The notes: generated from the sequence alone by a model not told the origin. 20,847 nucleotides of DNA from Candidatus Nanohaloarchaea archaeon (GCA_042218075.1 JBDGRK010000014.1:1-20847); one strand, 5' to 3'; positions 1 through 8,638 are shown, numbered from the stretch's first letter. Program-made: numbers and translations.

Positions 1-2929
1 CAAGCGCCTCGGTGTCGCCTGAAAAGCTTAATATCACTTCATCCTCAACTTCAAGCCCTGCTTCCTTCCTCTTTTGCTGGATCTCTCTGAGAACCTCTGC
101 CACAAAAGCTTTTTCTTCAATCTCCGGTGTCATGTGAAGATCTAAGTGGATTTCGCCTATCTCCACAGATTTACTGCCCAGATTCTCAGATGTCTCGCTG
201 GAGATTTCCACGTGTTCATCCCTGATCTGATAGTCTCCAAGCTCCAGCTCTCCTATATTTTCTAGCTGTTCGACTTGATCACTGGAAAGCTTCTCTATCT
301 TTTCTGCGACTTCTTCCGCGTTTTCACCGAATTCAGGTCCCAGCTCCGGATAGCTGGGCTCTGCACTTAGTTCAGATGCCACTTCTCCGAACTCCGCCTT
401 CTCAACGTTGGCCATCTCGGATATGAGCTCTCTGAACTTCTCCAGCTTCTCCTCGTTTTCTTCACTTGTCGAGATCACTAGTCTCCTCGCAGGCCATCTC
501 AGGTTGTAGTGGTTCTCATCCCTGATTTTCGTGGATTTCTCCACTATCTCCCTGGCGTGTTCCATCATCTGTTCCAGAGTTTCATCGATTGATTCCTCGT
601 CTGGTTCTGGATAGCTTTCCGCGTGGACAGAAACCTTTTCACCCGAGATCTCCTGGTAAATCTTCTCAGTAATATAGGGTGTGAAAGGCGCCATCAGCAG
701 ATTTACCTTTTCCATCACTTTTTCCAGAGTCCATATCGCTGCCTGGTCTCCGTTTTTCACTCTCTTCCTTACCTTCTTTACGTACCACCTTGAGAGGTCA
801 TCCAGGATGAATCTTTCAAGTTGCCTGGTCAGTTCGTGGAAATAGCACTCATCCATCTTTCCGCTGGCCTCGGAGTTGATCGAGTTGACTCTTGAGAGAA
901 TCCATCTATCCTCTATTTCAAGTTCTCCGGGTCTCTCAACTTCCTCCCTGTACGTCTGGAGGAATTCCTTGGTATTCCAGTAGACTGAGAAAAGCCTGTA
1001 GATCTCGTTCTTGATCTCTTGCTCATCGTACTCTTTCTGCTCCCAGGGAGGAGCCAGCCTAAGCTGGTAGAACCTTGGAAGATCTGCTCCGTATTTTTCC
1101 ATCTCTTCCTGCGGATCTATAGTCGTGCCGGCGGATTTCGACATTTTCTCGCCATCAGGCCTGAGCACGTATCCCTGGAACAGAACTTTCTCATACTGGC
1201 TCTGGTCGAATCCCAGTATCCCGCAGAACATCAAGTGGTAGAACCAGCCCCTTATCTGGTCCGAGGCCTCGGTTATGAAGTCCATGGGGAAAAGCTGCTC
1301 GAAAGGCTGTTCTTCGAAGGGATAGTGCAGTGATGCGAAGGGTGCGCATCCCGAGTCAAACCATACATCGAATATATCCGGTATTCTCTGGTATCTGCCC
1401 CCGCATTCACAGCCCCATGAAATCTCATCAACAACATGCTTGTGGGCATCGAAATCATCGGGGAGCTCTCCTGCGTTTTCTTTCAGCTCATCGAAGCTGC
1501 CTATAACCTGGTATTCTTCACAGCCTTCACATACCCATATCGGAATCGGGATACCCCAGTAGTTCTGCCTTGATATACACCAGTCGGGCGACTCCGACAC
1601 AAAGTTGTGGAACCTCTTCCTTGCTGATTCAGGCACCCAGTGGACATCCTCGTTTTCCTCAAGCATTCTGTTTTTGACTTCCTCGTTCTCTATAAACCAC
1701 TGCTCCGCCGCCCTGTAGATAAGCTCTGTCTTGCATCTCCAGCAGTGCGGATACTCGTGCGTAAACTTTTCACTGTGCAGCAGAAGGTTTTTCTCCTCGA
1801 GCATCTCGATAACTTTTGGATCAACTTCGAGTACGTTTTCTCCCTCGAGCTCACCTGCCTCTTCCGTGTAGAAGCCTTCTTCGTCAAGGGGCGAAAATAC
1901 AGGCAATCCCAGCGATCTTGTCTCCTCATAGTCCTCAGGTCCGTGCCCTGTAGCCGCGTGAACCAGGCCTGTTCCCTCTTCCAGCGTCACTAGATCCTTC
2001 GAATCATGCACTCTGTGTACGCCTGATTCCTCGTCCATCTCTCTCTGTCGGGGTATTTCCTCCATGAAAGGTGTCCTGTACTTCAAGCCTTTCAGGTCAG
2101 AACCTGACAAAGTCCTCTCCACGCTGTACTCCTCTATGCCGGCCTTCTCCATTATCCTCTCAACCAGCTGTTCTGCCACTATCAGTTTCCCTCCCTCCGC
2201 CTTGACTACCGCGTAACTGAAATCCGGATGGACAAATACAGCCATGTTCGAGGGTATCGTCCAGGGGGTTGTAGTCCAGATCAGAAGCTTTTCTTCCCTG
2301 TTCTCCAGCGGAAATTTGGCGAATACAGCATAATCTTCTATCTCCTTGTACTCATCAGTCACCTCGTAGCCGGAAAGCGAGGTCTGGCACCTCGGGCACC
2401 AGTGTATTGGCTTGTAACCCTGGTAAAGAAGATCCTGGCTCTCGGTCTCCTTCAGAAGCCACCAGGCGCTTTCAATATAACTGTTGTCGTAGGTCATGTA
2501 AGGGTCTTCAAAGTCCTGCCAGATCGCAAGATCCTCCATAACATCCTGCCAGGTCTGCTTCGCGGATGTTGCCCTCTCTCTGCACTCCTCTATAAATTTC
2601 TGGGCGGAGATTGACTTGCCTATCTCGTTCTTGTCCTCTATTTCGAGTTCTTCCTCGGTAGCCAGTTCGTTCGGAAGTCCGTGGGTGTCGAATCCTGCCT
2701 CGTCCCATACATCGTATCCCTGCATCTGCTTGAAGCGCAGCATCACATCCTTGAGCACTTTACCCTGCATGTGGCCTACATGTGGCGCACCGTTCAGATA
2801 TGGGGGTCCATCGATCATGAAAAACGGTTCGTTTCCCTCCGTCGACTCCCTAACTTTTCTTTTTACATCGTTTTGATCCCAGTATTCTGAAACCTCGGAT
2901 TCCACCTTTTGCAGCTCGTAGTCTGTCAT
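1..2929 (-). CDS. ileS: Isoleucyl-tRNA synthetase (archaeal/eukaryote type), 3' end runs off the window
   Basis: Absent from the ORF track because no stop lies in the window. Manual translation from the ATG at 2929 gives MTDYELQKVESEVSEYWDQ...DGPPYLNGAPHVGH...GFDTHGLP...WTTTPWT...GTGLVH...DWCISRQNYWGIPIPIW...GEKMSKS: class Ia HIGH/KMSKS motifs with IleRS-specific segments. TTTTAA box about 29 nt upstream. Confidence 0.96.
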   Translation of the reverse strand, partial: MTDYELQKVESEVSEYWDQNDVKRKVRESTEGNEPFFMIDGPPYLNGAPHVGHMQGKVLKDVMLRFKQMQGYDVWDEAGFDTHGLPNELATEEELEIEDKNEIGKSISAQKFIEECRERATSAKQTWQDVMEDLAIWQDFEDPYMTYDNSYIESAWWLLKETESQDLLYQGYKPIHWCPRCQTSLSGYEVTDEYKEIEDYAVFAKFPLENREEKLLIWTTTPWTIPSNMAVFVHPDFSYAVVKAEGGKLIVAEQLVERIMEKAGIEEYSVERTLSGSDLKGLKYRTPFMEEIPRQREMDEESGVHRVHDSKDLVTLEEGTGLVHAATGHGPEDYEETRSLGLPVFSPLDEEGFYTEEAGELEGENVLEVDPKVIEMLEEKNLLLHSEKFTHEYPHCWRCKTELIYRAAEQWFIENEEVKNRMLEENEDVHWVPESARKRFHNFVSESPDWCISRQNYWGIPIPIWVCEGCEEYQVIGSFDELKENAGELPDDFDAHKHVVDEISWGCECGGRYQRIPDIFDVWFDSGCAPFASLHYPFEEQPFEQLFPMDFITEASDQIRGWFYHLMFCGILGFDQSQYEKVLFQGYVLRPDGEKMSKSAGTTIDPQEEMEKYGADLPRFYQLRLAPPWEQKEYDEQEIKNEIYRLFSVYWNTKEFLQTYREEVERPGELEIEDRWILSRVNSINSEASGKMDECYFHELTRQLERFILDDLSRWYVKKVRKRVKNGDQAAIWTLEKVMEKVNLLMAPFTPYITEKIYQEISGEKVSVHAESYPEPDEESIDETLEQMMEHAREIVEKSTKIRDENHYNLRWPARRLVISTSEENEEKLEKFRELISEMANVEKAEFGEVASELSAEPSYPELGPEFGENAEEVAEKIEKLSSDQVEQLENIGELELGDYQIRDEHVEISSETSENLGSKSVEIGEIHLDLHMTPEIEEKAFVAEVLREIQQKRKEAGLEVEDEVILSFSGDTEAL

Positions 2930-2962
2930 ACTTCACAGAGAACAGCTGAAAGTTAAAAGAAT

Positions 2963-3094
2963 TTAGTCCCTATATCTATCTACGAAATCACTTTGATAGT
3001 TTCTAATGCCATAACTTGCTCCAACTGCAAGACTGGCCGTCGCGATTATTACTTTCTCATCCTGGTTCGCCAAAAAATCTACAATCTCTTCCAT
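2963..3094 (-). CDS. Possible small membrane peptide (43 aa)
   Basis: MEEIVDFLANQDEKVIIATASLAVGASYGIRNYQSDFVDRYRD has an acidic N-terminus and one short hydrophobic stretch. The longer upstream extension in the ORF track is AT-rich intergenic-like sequence. Confidence 0.4.
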   Translation of the reverse strand: MEEIVDFLANQDEKVIIATASLAVGASYGIRNYQSDFVDRYRD

Positions 3095-3191
3095 ATTTCC
3101 TAGAGTGTATCTGAAAATTAAAATTTTAATGAATTTTGATATTTCATGAGGAATAAAAAAATTTATAAATATTGTTACTATAAGGTTAATC

Positions 3192-3773
3192 ATGAATCAG
3201 AATATTCAAGAGACAATTTTGTCTGAAGATTTGAAAGAAGTTGTAGATGAAAAACTAGCTGAACCTGTGGTTGCGGATAAACCTTTCAGTGTTAAAAACT
3301 CCCGTGAGCAAAATTTAGCTTCTGCAGGTTACAATGGTATACAAATTGGCCATGTATTTCCTAACCTTCAATATCGTGATGCAATTTTGGCCGGAAGGGC
3401 AGTTAACAGAAATCGAGATTATCCCGCTTTTGAAGCTATTGATGGTGAAGAAAGGGATTTTGTGCAGGGAGTTGTCACAAAATTAAGTAGTATCGAGGAA
3501 GAGGTCGAAAGATCTGCCAAAGATCACTCTGAAGGAATTGTAGGAGAGGATGATTTGGCACTTGGAGTAGAAGGTAGATGGGGTTTAGATAGAGATGAAT
3601 TCGTGCCTTACGCAGCATTGATTTTTGATCATACTGAGGGATATCAAATTGCACCGATTGAAGGCAATCACTCTGACGTATATATTGAGGTTCCTTCAGA
3701 AGGAAATTCGAACGGAAGGAATATGGAAGAAGCTGTATATTGGGATGAAGATGGTGAAGCTGTAATAAGATAG
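3192..3773 (+). CDS. Hypothetical acidic protein (AT-rich ORFan)
   Basis: 193-aa ORF with halophilic D/E-rich composition, no recognised motif, visibly lower GC than ileS. Confidence 0.75.
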   Translation: MNQNIQETILSEDLKEVVDEKLAEPVVADKPFSVKNSREQNLASAGYNGIQIGHVFPNLQYRDAILAGRAVNRNRDYPAFEAIDGEERDFVQGVVTKLSSIEEEVERSAKDHSEGIVGEDDLALGVEGRWGLDRDEFVPYAALIFDHTEGYQIAPIEGNHSDVYIEVPSEGNSNGRNMEEAVYWDEDGEAVIR

Positions 3774-3783
3774 AGAATAAAAT

Positions 3784-4446
3784 CTAAACCCACTCGTAGC
3801 TATCCCCATAGTCTATTTCGGCTTCATCGCTTTCATCTGACTCTTTTCTATCTCTCTCCTCCTCACTTCCACTAGCATCTTCCTGGCCTGTATCCCCGCT
3901 TCCTGTTTTTCCTGCCTGTAGGGGTTTCTGCCCCTCCTTGAACCTCTGAGACTCTGGATGGGGCTCTTTCGTCTCCTGTTCGAAGCTCACGCTGACAGAT
4001 TCCATCTCCTCCTTGATCTCTTTCAACCTTGACTCATCCTGTAGCTCCTCTATATGCTGGAAGATCGCACCTGTAGGTGTTCCAGCATTCTCATCCTCAG
4101 AGAACCTTGGAAACACTGAGATGTAGGCGTGCGGTATCATCTGGCCCGCTGCCTCTTTGATGTTCATAACTACAGAGGCTCCATCCGCTCCCAGTCCTTC
4201 CTCAGCCTTCTCGATAACCTCCCTGACAAGAGTCATCATCTCGTGGTACTCTTCTGGCGAGAACTCCATCAAGGATTCCACATGCTCTTTAGGAACTACC
4301 TGTGTATGCCCTCTGGCTCTGGCCTGCACTTCTAGCCAGGCGTAGAAGTTCTCCGTCTCTCCCACAAGCATCAGTTGATCCGGGTTGTCTATCAGCTGGC
4401 AGTAGATGCACTGGTCTCCCTGCCCTGGCATTCCTTGTTGAGGCAT
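3784..4446 (-). CDS. HIT (histidine triad) family protein with degenerate triad and acidic C-terminal tail
   Basis: CIYC, GHTQVVPKEH and NIKEAAGQMIPHAYISVFPR match the HINT pattern C-x-F/Y-C...GH-x-L-V-x-PK-x-H...N-x-G-x-x-AGQ-x-V-x-H-x-H-x-H-x-x-PR. Confidence 0.88.
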   Translation of the reverse strand: MPQQGMPGQGDQCIYCQLIDNPDQLMLVGETENFYAWLEVQARARGHTQVVPKEHVESLMEFSPEEYHEMMTLVREVIEKAEEGLGADGASVVMNIKEAAGQMIPHAYISVFPRFSEDENAGTPTGAIFQHIEELQDESRLKEIKEEMESVSVSFEQETKEPHPESQRFKEGQKPLQAGKTGSGDTGQEDASGSEEERDRKESDESDEAEIDYGDSYEWV

Positions 4447-4450
4447 ATTC

Positions 4451-4594
4451 CTATTTTCCTCGCTCTATTTTATCATTCTTCGTGAAAAAACACTGGCTCC
4501 AGATTTTTCCCAGTGATTTCTCTATATCCTTCCATTCTCCTTTTTTCATGCTCCAGCTTCCTACGTAGTCTTCTAGTTTTTTCTTGCTTTTCAT
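4451..4594 (-). CDS. Possible small protein (47 aa), weakly antitoxin-like
   Basis: Manual translation gives MKSKKKLEDYVGSWSMKKGEWKDIEKSLGKIWSQCFFTKNDKIERGK, ending 4 nt before the HIT start. TTTAAA box about 32 nt upstream on the minus strand. Confidence 0.35.
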   Translation of the reverse strand: MKSKKKLEDYVGSWSMKKGEWKDIEKSLGKIWSQCFFTKNDKIERGK

Positions 4595-4668
4595 GGATTA
4601 AGCTAAAACCGCACCGCTTTTTTAAAGCTCCACCCTGATTCTTCCTAATACTGTTAAGGTGTTACAAT

Positions 4669-5067
4669 ATGGCAGATAATTTCGATTCTCAGTTCGACGA
4701 TGAAGATTTTGAAGACGACTTTGACGAAAACCAGGAAGACGATTTCGAGGATGACTACGGGGACGATTTTGATGATGAACCTGATCAGGATTTCGAAGAT
4801 GAAGCAGGCTACGATGACTCAGGGGATCAGGGATACGACGACTCCGGTGATTCCTACGATGACTCTGACGACAACGATTACGACAAGCCCGTTGACGAGG
4901 GAGATGTAGTTGAGGTAGAGATTGAGGATCTTGGTAGCAAGGGCGATGGAATCGCAAGGGTCGATGGATTCGTAGTCTTCGTCCCTGGTGGAGAAGTCGG
5001 AGAGAACTACGAGGTAGAAGTCACTTCGGTCGGTAGAAAGTTTGCCTTCGCGGAGATAACCGACTGA
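4669..5067 (+). CDS. Single TRAM-domain RNA-binding protein with long acidic N-terminal low-complexity region
   Basis: C-terminal PVDEGDVVEVEIEDLGSKGDGIARVDGFVVFVPGGEVGENYEVEVTSVGRKFAFAEI is the archaeal stand-alone TRAM pattern. AGGTG SD upstream. Confidence 0.92.
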   Translation: MADNFDSQFDDEDFEDDFDENQEDDFEDDYGDDFDDEPDQDFEDEAGYDDSGDQGYDDSGDSYDDSDDNDYDKPVDEGDVVEVEIEDLGSKGDGIARVDGFVVFVPGGEVGENYEVEVTSVGRKFAFAEITD

Positions 5068-5106
5068 TCTCCACATTTTTATCATTTTCAATTCTCTTAT
5101 TATTTC

Positions 5107-5646
5107 ATGCAGAGATCCGAAATTTTCGCTCTAGTAGTTTCTGTTGCGGCGGTTTCAGGAATAATGGTTGCGTTCTACCAGGCAGAGAGTAAAGCTTCTC
5201 CGGAGGTAGAGCTCCAGAATAAAGGAGAGGTACATGAACACGCTCTATTCCATGTCATCATAAACGGTTCGGAAGTAGACTTTACCGAGGATCGCTTCCA
5301 GTTGAATTCCCGCGACGTACACCTTGAGAACAACATATCGGATATCGTTCACAGGCACGAGGAAAACGTGAGCTGGAGCGATTTTCTGGACACTTTGGAG
5401 ATTAACTACTGGCGTTCAAACGAGACGGGGAATCTATGTGTAAAAATTTACAACAGGACGAGGTGCGGTGAGGGAAAGGTTTTGATTAATGGGGAGAGTC
5501 AGAATGATCAAAGGGTCATTCAGCAGGGAGATCACTTCCTGATAGTCATGGATACCCGGAATATGACCAAAGTTATCGGGGAATACATGAAACAGCAGCT
5601 TCCGCCCGACTACAAACCCCAGAGAATAAGGGGAAAAAGAATCTGA
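5107..5646 (+). CDS. Membrane-anchored/secreted His-motif protein of unknown function
   Basis: N-terminal hydrophobic helix, then HEH...VHLE...VHRH...SWSDFL motifs and a Cys pair. TGATG overlap with thiI. Confidence 0.8.
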   Translation: MQRSEIFALVVSVAAVSGIMVAFYQAESKASPEVELQNKGEVHEHALFHVIINGSEVDFTEDRFQLNSRDVHLENNISDIVHRHEENVSWSDFLDTLEINYWRSNETGNLCVKIYNRTRCGEGKVLINGESQNDQRVIQQGDHFLIVMDTRNMTKVIGEYMKQQLPPDYKPQRIRGKRI

Positions 5647-6767
5647 TGGAGCTTGTTGTAAGGTATGGAGAGATCGGCACCAAGTCTGAGCCGGTCAGAA
5701 GCCGTATGTTGCATACATTAAGGCAGAGGGTTGAGGAAAGACTGGAATATGAGAATATAGAGTTTGAAAGAGTTTCCAGGATTCCTGGCAGGATAGTCGC
5801 AAGAAAGGTTTCCAACGATGCTGTGGACCGCGTAGGGGAGATGCCAGGTGTTTCCTCCTGTTCTCCTGCAAGAACTGTAAAACCTGAGATGGATTCGATC
5901 AAGGAAGAAGTCAGGAAAATGGAGGTGGCAGATACATTCGGTGTGAGAGTGAATACCGGGGGCGGACAGGAAATGAGCAGCCAGCAAGTTGAGGAGGAGA
6001 TAGGAGATTTTTTGTCCGATGGAAGGGAGGTGGATCTGGATGATCCTGGGACATGGGTAAGAATTGATGTCAGGAAAGATGAAGCCTTCATCTTCACGGA
6101 GCAGGTGGAAGGTCCGGGAGGCTTCCCATCAGGTTCTGAAGGTTCGCTCGCTGCATTGATCAGTGGCGGGATAGATTCTCCTGTTGCAGCCTTCAGGATG
6201 ATGGTCAGAGGGGCTGAAATAACACCTATCTACTTCTACAACAGGCCTGTAGCGGCTGAGGATCATCTCGCAAGATTCGAGGCGGCGGTATCTGAGCTTG
6301 AGAGATTCCATCCCTCCAGGAAATGGGAATACTTCCTGGTTGATATGGAAGAGATCAACAATAAGCTGAAGCAAGTCGGGAAGGGAAAGATGATAGTTCA
6401 CAGGAGGATTATGTTCGGGATTGCAGAGAAAATCGCTGAAAGTGAAGGACTTGACGGTATAGTGACCGGGGAGTCTCTGAACCAGAAATCTTCACAGACC
6501 TCGCAGAACCTTAAAACTACCTCGGAGGCTGTCGATATTCCGGTCCACAGACCCTTGCTAGGATCAAATAAGAATCATATAACAAGAGAGGCGAGGAGAA
6601 TCGGAAGCTTTCAGCACTCGAAGGTTGATTCCGCCTGTAGATCGATAGCACCTGATGATCCTTCAACCTCTATGAGCGTAGATAGTGCGGAAACGCTTGA
6701 AAAGGAGCTTGATAAGACCCATTTGGTCGATAAAGCGTTCGAATCATCGGAAAGAAGATTGTTATAA
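5646..6767 (+). CDS. thiI: tRNA 4-thiouridine synthase ThiI (THUMP + PP-loop, no rhodanese domain)
   Basis: VVRYGEIGTKS start, VDLDDP THUMP end, GPGGFP-x-G, LISGGIDSPVAA PP-loop, VTGESLNQKSSQT, RPL. Confidence 0.95.
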   Translation: MELVVRYGEIGTKSEPVRSRMLHTLRQRVEERLEYENIEFERVSRIPGRIVARKVSNDAVDRVGEMPGVSSCSPARTVKPEMDSIKEEVRKMEVADTFGVRVNTGGGQEMSSQQVEEEIGDFLSDGREVDLDDPGTWVRIDVRKDEAFIFTEQVEGPGGFPSGSEGSLAALISGGIDSPVAAFRMMVRGAEITPIYFYNRPVAAEDHLARFEAAVSELERFHPSRKWEYFLVDMEEINNKLKQVGKGKMIVHRRIMFGIAEKIAESEGLDGIVTGESLNQKSSQTSQNLKTTSEAVDIPVHRPLLGSNKNHITREARRIGSFQHSKVDSACRSIAPDDPSTSMSVDSAETLEKELDKTHLVDKAFESSERRLL

Positions 6768-6819
6768 AGCTTGGGGCGACCGAAAACAATAAATACACTT
6801 GAAGTATGGTGAAACCATA

Positions 6820-7131
6820 ATGAGCATAGAGGATAAGAAACAGGATGCTGAAGCCGTGCTGGACTCGGCGGAAATGGTTCTTGAAACTATACCCGAACCC
6901 AGGACAGGTAAGGCAAAGGATCTTGAGCTTGAGATCTCCAAGCTGGAAAAGGAAATCCAGGAGCCGGACTCGGAGGAATCTATAGAAGAACTTATACAGT
7001 CAGTCAGAGACCTGATGGAGGAAGTGCAGGACGAGGCCATGCAGGATGAGACAGTGCCGGATCAGGAGATGGGAGGTATGGGGCCAGGTGCACCTCCGGG
7101 CGAGCCTGGAGATGACGTGCCACCGTTCTGA
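6820..7131 (+). CDS. Hypothetical acidic helical protein (103 aa)
   Basis: ATG at 6820 preceded by GGTGA SD (6808-6812). Helical acidic body with a G/M/P-rich tail ending DDVPPF. Confidence 0.8.
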   Translation: MSIEDKKQDAEAVLDSAEMVLETIPEPRTGKAKDLELEISKLEKEIQEPDSEESIEELIQSVRDLMEEVQDEAMQDETVPDQEMGGMGPGAPPGEPGDDVPPF

Positions 7132-7169
7132 TCGGTAGCTTTAAACTCTGGACGTCCGCACTTCTAGAC

Positions 7170-8537
7170 ATGAAAAAATCAATTCTTCTAATTATATCTC
7201 TGCTGATCGTTGGTTCCGTATCAGCCTTCGAATACCAGTTCGGGGCAGAGGATCGTGTATCTTCGAAGGATGATCCCGCGGAGTTCAACCTGAAAGTCAC
7301 TAACACTTACAATAACACGGACCGGTTCAGAATCAGCAGTGTAGAGGCTCCCCCGGCTGTTTCACAGTGGTTTGACTATGAATTTAGCAAACGGATTCCC
7401 CCGGGAGAAGAACGTAACTTCTCCATAAAAATACATCATCAGGAGAATGTGCTGCAGCAAAACTACGCGTTCATTCTGAATCTGAGGTCGTTCAGGCAAG
7501 GAGAACTGAAGAGAGCAAAGGAATACTTCACTGTCAGGAACCCTACAGATCTAGAGATAACATCATTCAGCACCAAAAGGAAGAATTATGATCCTGGTGA
7601 AAAAGTCAAAGTCGAGCTGGCTGTGAGAAGTACGGCCTCAGGACGGATTGAGAATCTTAGTGTTGAGGCGAGCATGATGGACCAGAAGATTAGAAAAAAC
7701 GACTCAAGTCTAGGGCCGGGTGACAGTATAAGATATAACTTTGAGCTCATGGTTCCTGAAGATGCCTCTCCCGGCCCGAGAAAAATTAAAGCAGTGGCCT
7801 ACAAATCAGGGGAGAGAAATGAGAATGTTTCTACAGAGATCAACGTGAATAAGGTTGAGAGGATTGAAAGAGAGGTAGAAAGATCGGATAGGTTGCTCAG
7901 GAACAGGATGAGGGTTGAGGTTGAGAACAACGGCAACACAGAAACCGGGATAGAGGTCAGGAGATCCATACCGATTTTCAGCAAGCCCTTCACATCCACT
8001 GATCCAGAAGCCTCCAGTGTTTCAACCGAGGGAGGTGAAACCGTTTACTTGTGGAAAACGAAGCTTGAACCCGGGGAAAAAGCCAGCTTTGGTTACTCAA
8101 CAGATTATTCCCCATTACTTGTATTCCTGGCATTGTTTGCTGTCGGAGCTCTGGGAATCAGGAAGCTGCAGGCCGGGATCGCGGTCTCAAAGAGAGCGGA
8201 GAGGAATGAAACCGGGATAGAGGTGCTGATAGAGCTAAAAAATGATTCAGGGAGGCTTCTTGAATATATGGAGGTAAGGGATTTTGTTCCTGATATTGCG
8301 GAGGTGGGCTCTGAATTCGAGATGGCCAAACCTGTACAGACAAAGAAGAGCAACGGAACCGAGCTGAGCTGGAGTATTGAAAGACTTGAGCCGGGAGAGG
8401 AGAGGGTAATGAAGTACAGTATCAGGCCGCTGGTGAAGGTAGAGGGAGGAGCTGTGCTTCCGGGAGTTGAAGTGTTTGAAGGAGAGAAAAAGGTCAAAAA
8501 CACTTCAGGCGTCGAGGTAGACTTCCATCCCGGGTAA
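7170..8537 (+). CDS. Cell-surface/membrane protein with Ig-like (CARDB/DUF11-like) beta-sandwich repeats
   Basis: Signal peptide, repeated V-x-N-x-G/LEPGE motifs, TM helix near residues 315-331, and a further C-terminal Ig-like domain (VRDFVP...LSWSIERLEPGEERVMKY). Confidence 0.85.
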   Translation: MKKSILLIISLLIVGSVSAFEYQFGAEDRVSSKDDPAEFNLKVTNTYNNTDRFRISSVEAPPAVSQWFDYEFSKRIPPGEERNFSIKIHHQENVLQQNYAFILNLRSFRQGELKRAKEYFTVRNPTDLEITSFSTKRKNYDPGEKVKVELAVRSTASGRIENLSVEASMMDQKIRKNDSSLGPGDSIRYNFELMVPEDASPGPRKIKAVAYKSGERNENVSTEINVNKVERIEREVERSDRLLRNRMRVEVENNGNTETGIEVRRSIPIFSKPFTSTDPEASSVSTEGGETVYLWKTKLEPGEKASFGYSTDYSPLLVFLALFAVGALGIRKLQAGIAVSKRAERNETGIEVLIELKNDSGRLLEYMEVRDFVPDIAEVGSEFEMAKPVQTKKSNGTELSWSIERLEPGEERVMKYSIRPLVKVEGGAVLPGVEVFEGEKKVKNTSGVEVDFHPG

Positions 8538-8542
8538 AACCC

Positions 8543-8549
8543 TATTAAA
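8543..8549 (+). promoter_or_regulatory. TATA-like box predicted to drive a transcript starting near 8573, about 65 nt upstream of tRNA-Tyr
   Basis: TATTAAA. Spacing of about 30 nt matches other TATA-to-start distances in this window, and no other TATA-like box is seen closer to the tRNA. Confidence 0.55.
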
Positions 8550-8572
8550 GCTTCAACTTTCCAGTTTTTACT

Positions 8573-8638
8573 GTCGCTTCACGCCCTGGCTCAGGACGAA
8601 GATCTTTGTGATCTTCTCGAATGAGCGAGGGAATTAGA
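8573..8638 (+). repeat. Structured tRNA-Tyr leader containing a duplicate of the tRNA 5' end, a hairpin and an antisense segment
   Basis: 8580-8595 matches tRNA 8639-8654 at 14/16. GAAGATC-TTTGT-GATCTTC hairpin at 8598-8616. 8622-8631 is complementary (9/10) to both copies. Confidence 0.7.

Noticed and set aside
1019-2890. Several plus-strand and short minus-strand ORFs
   Set aside because: Shadow ORFs of ileS with non-acidic composition and no motifs.
4810-4875. Three TACGA(T/C)GACTC repeats
   Set aside because: Codon-level repeats of YDDS in the TRAM tail; too short and too closely spaced for a CRISPR array.
7941-8225. Repeated GAAACCGGGATAGAGGT
   Set aside because: Both copies encode ETGIEV within the Ig-like repeats of one CDS; no sign of mobile-element ends.
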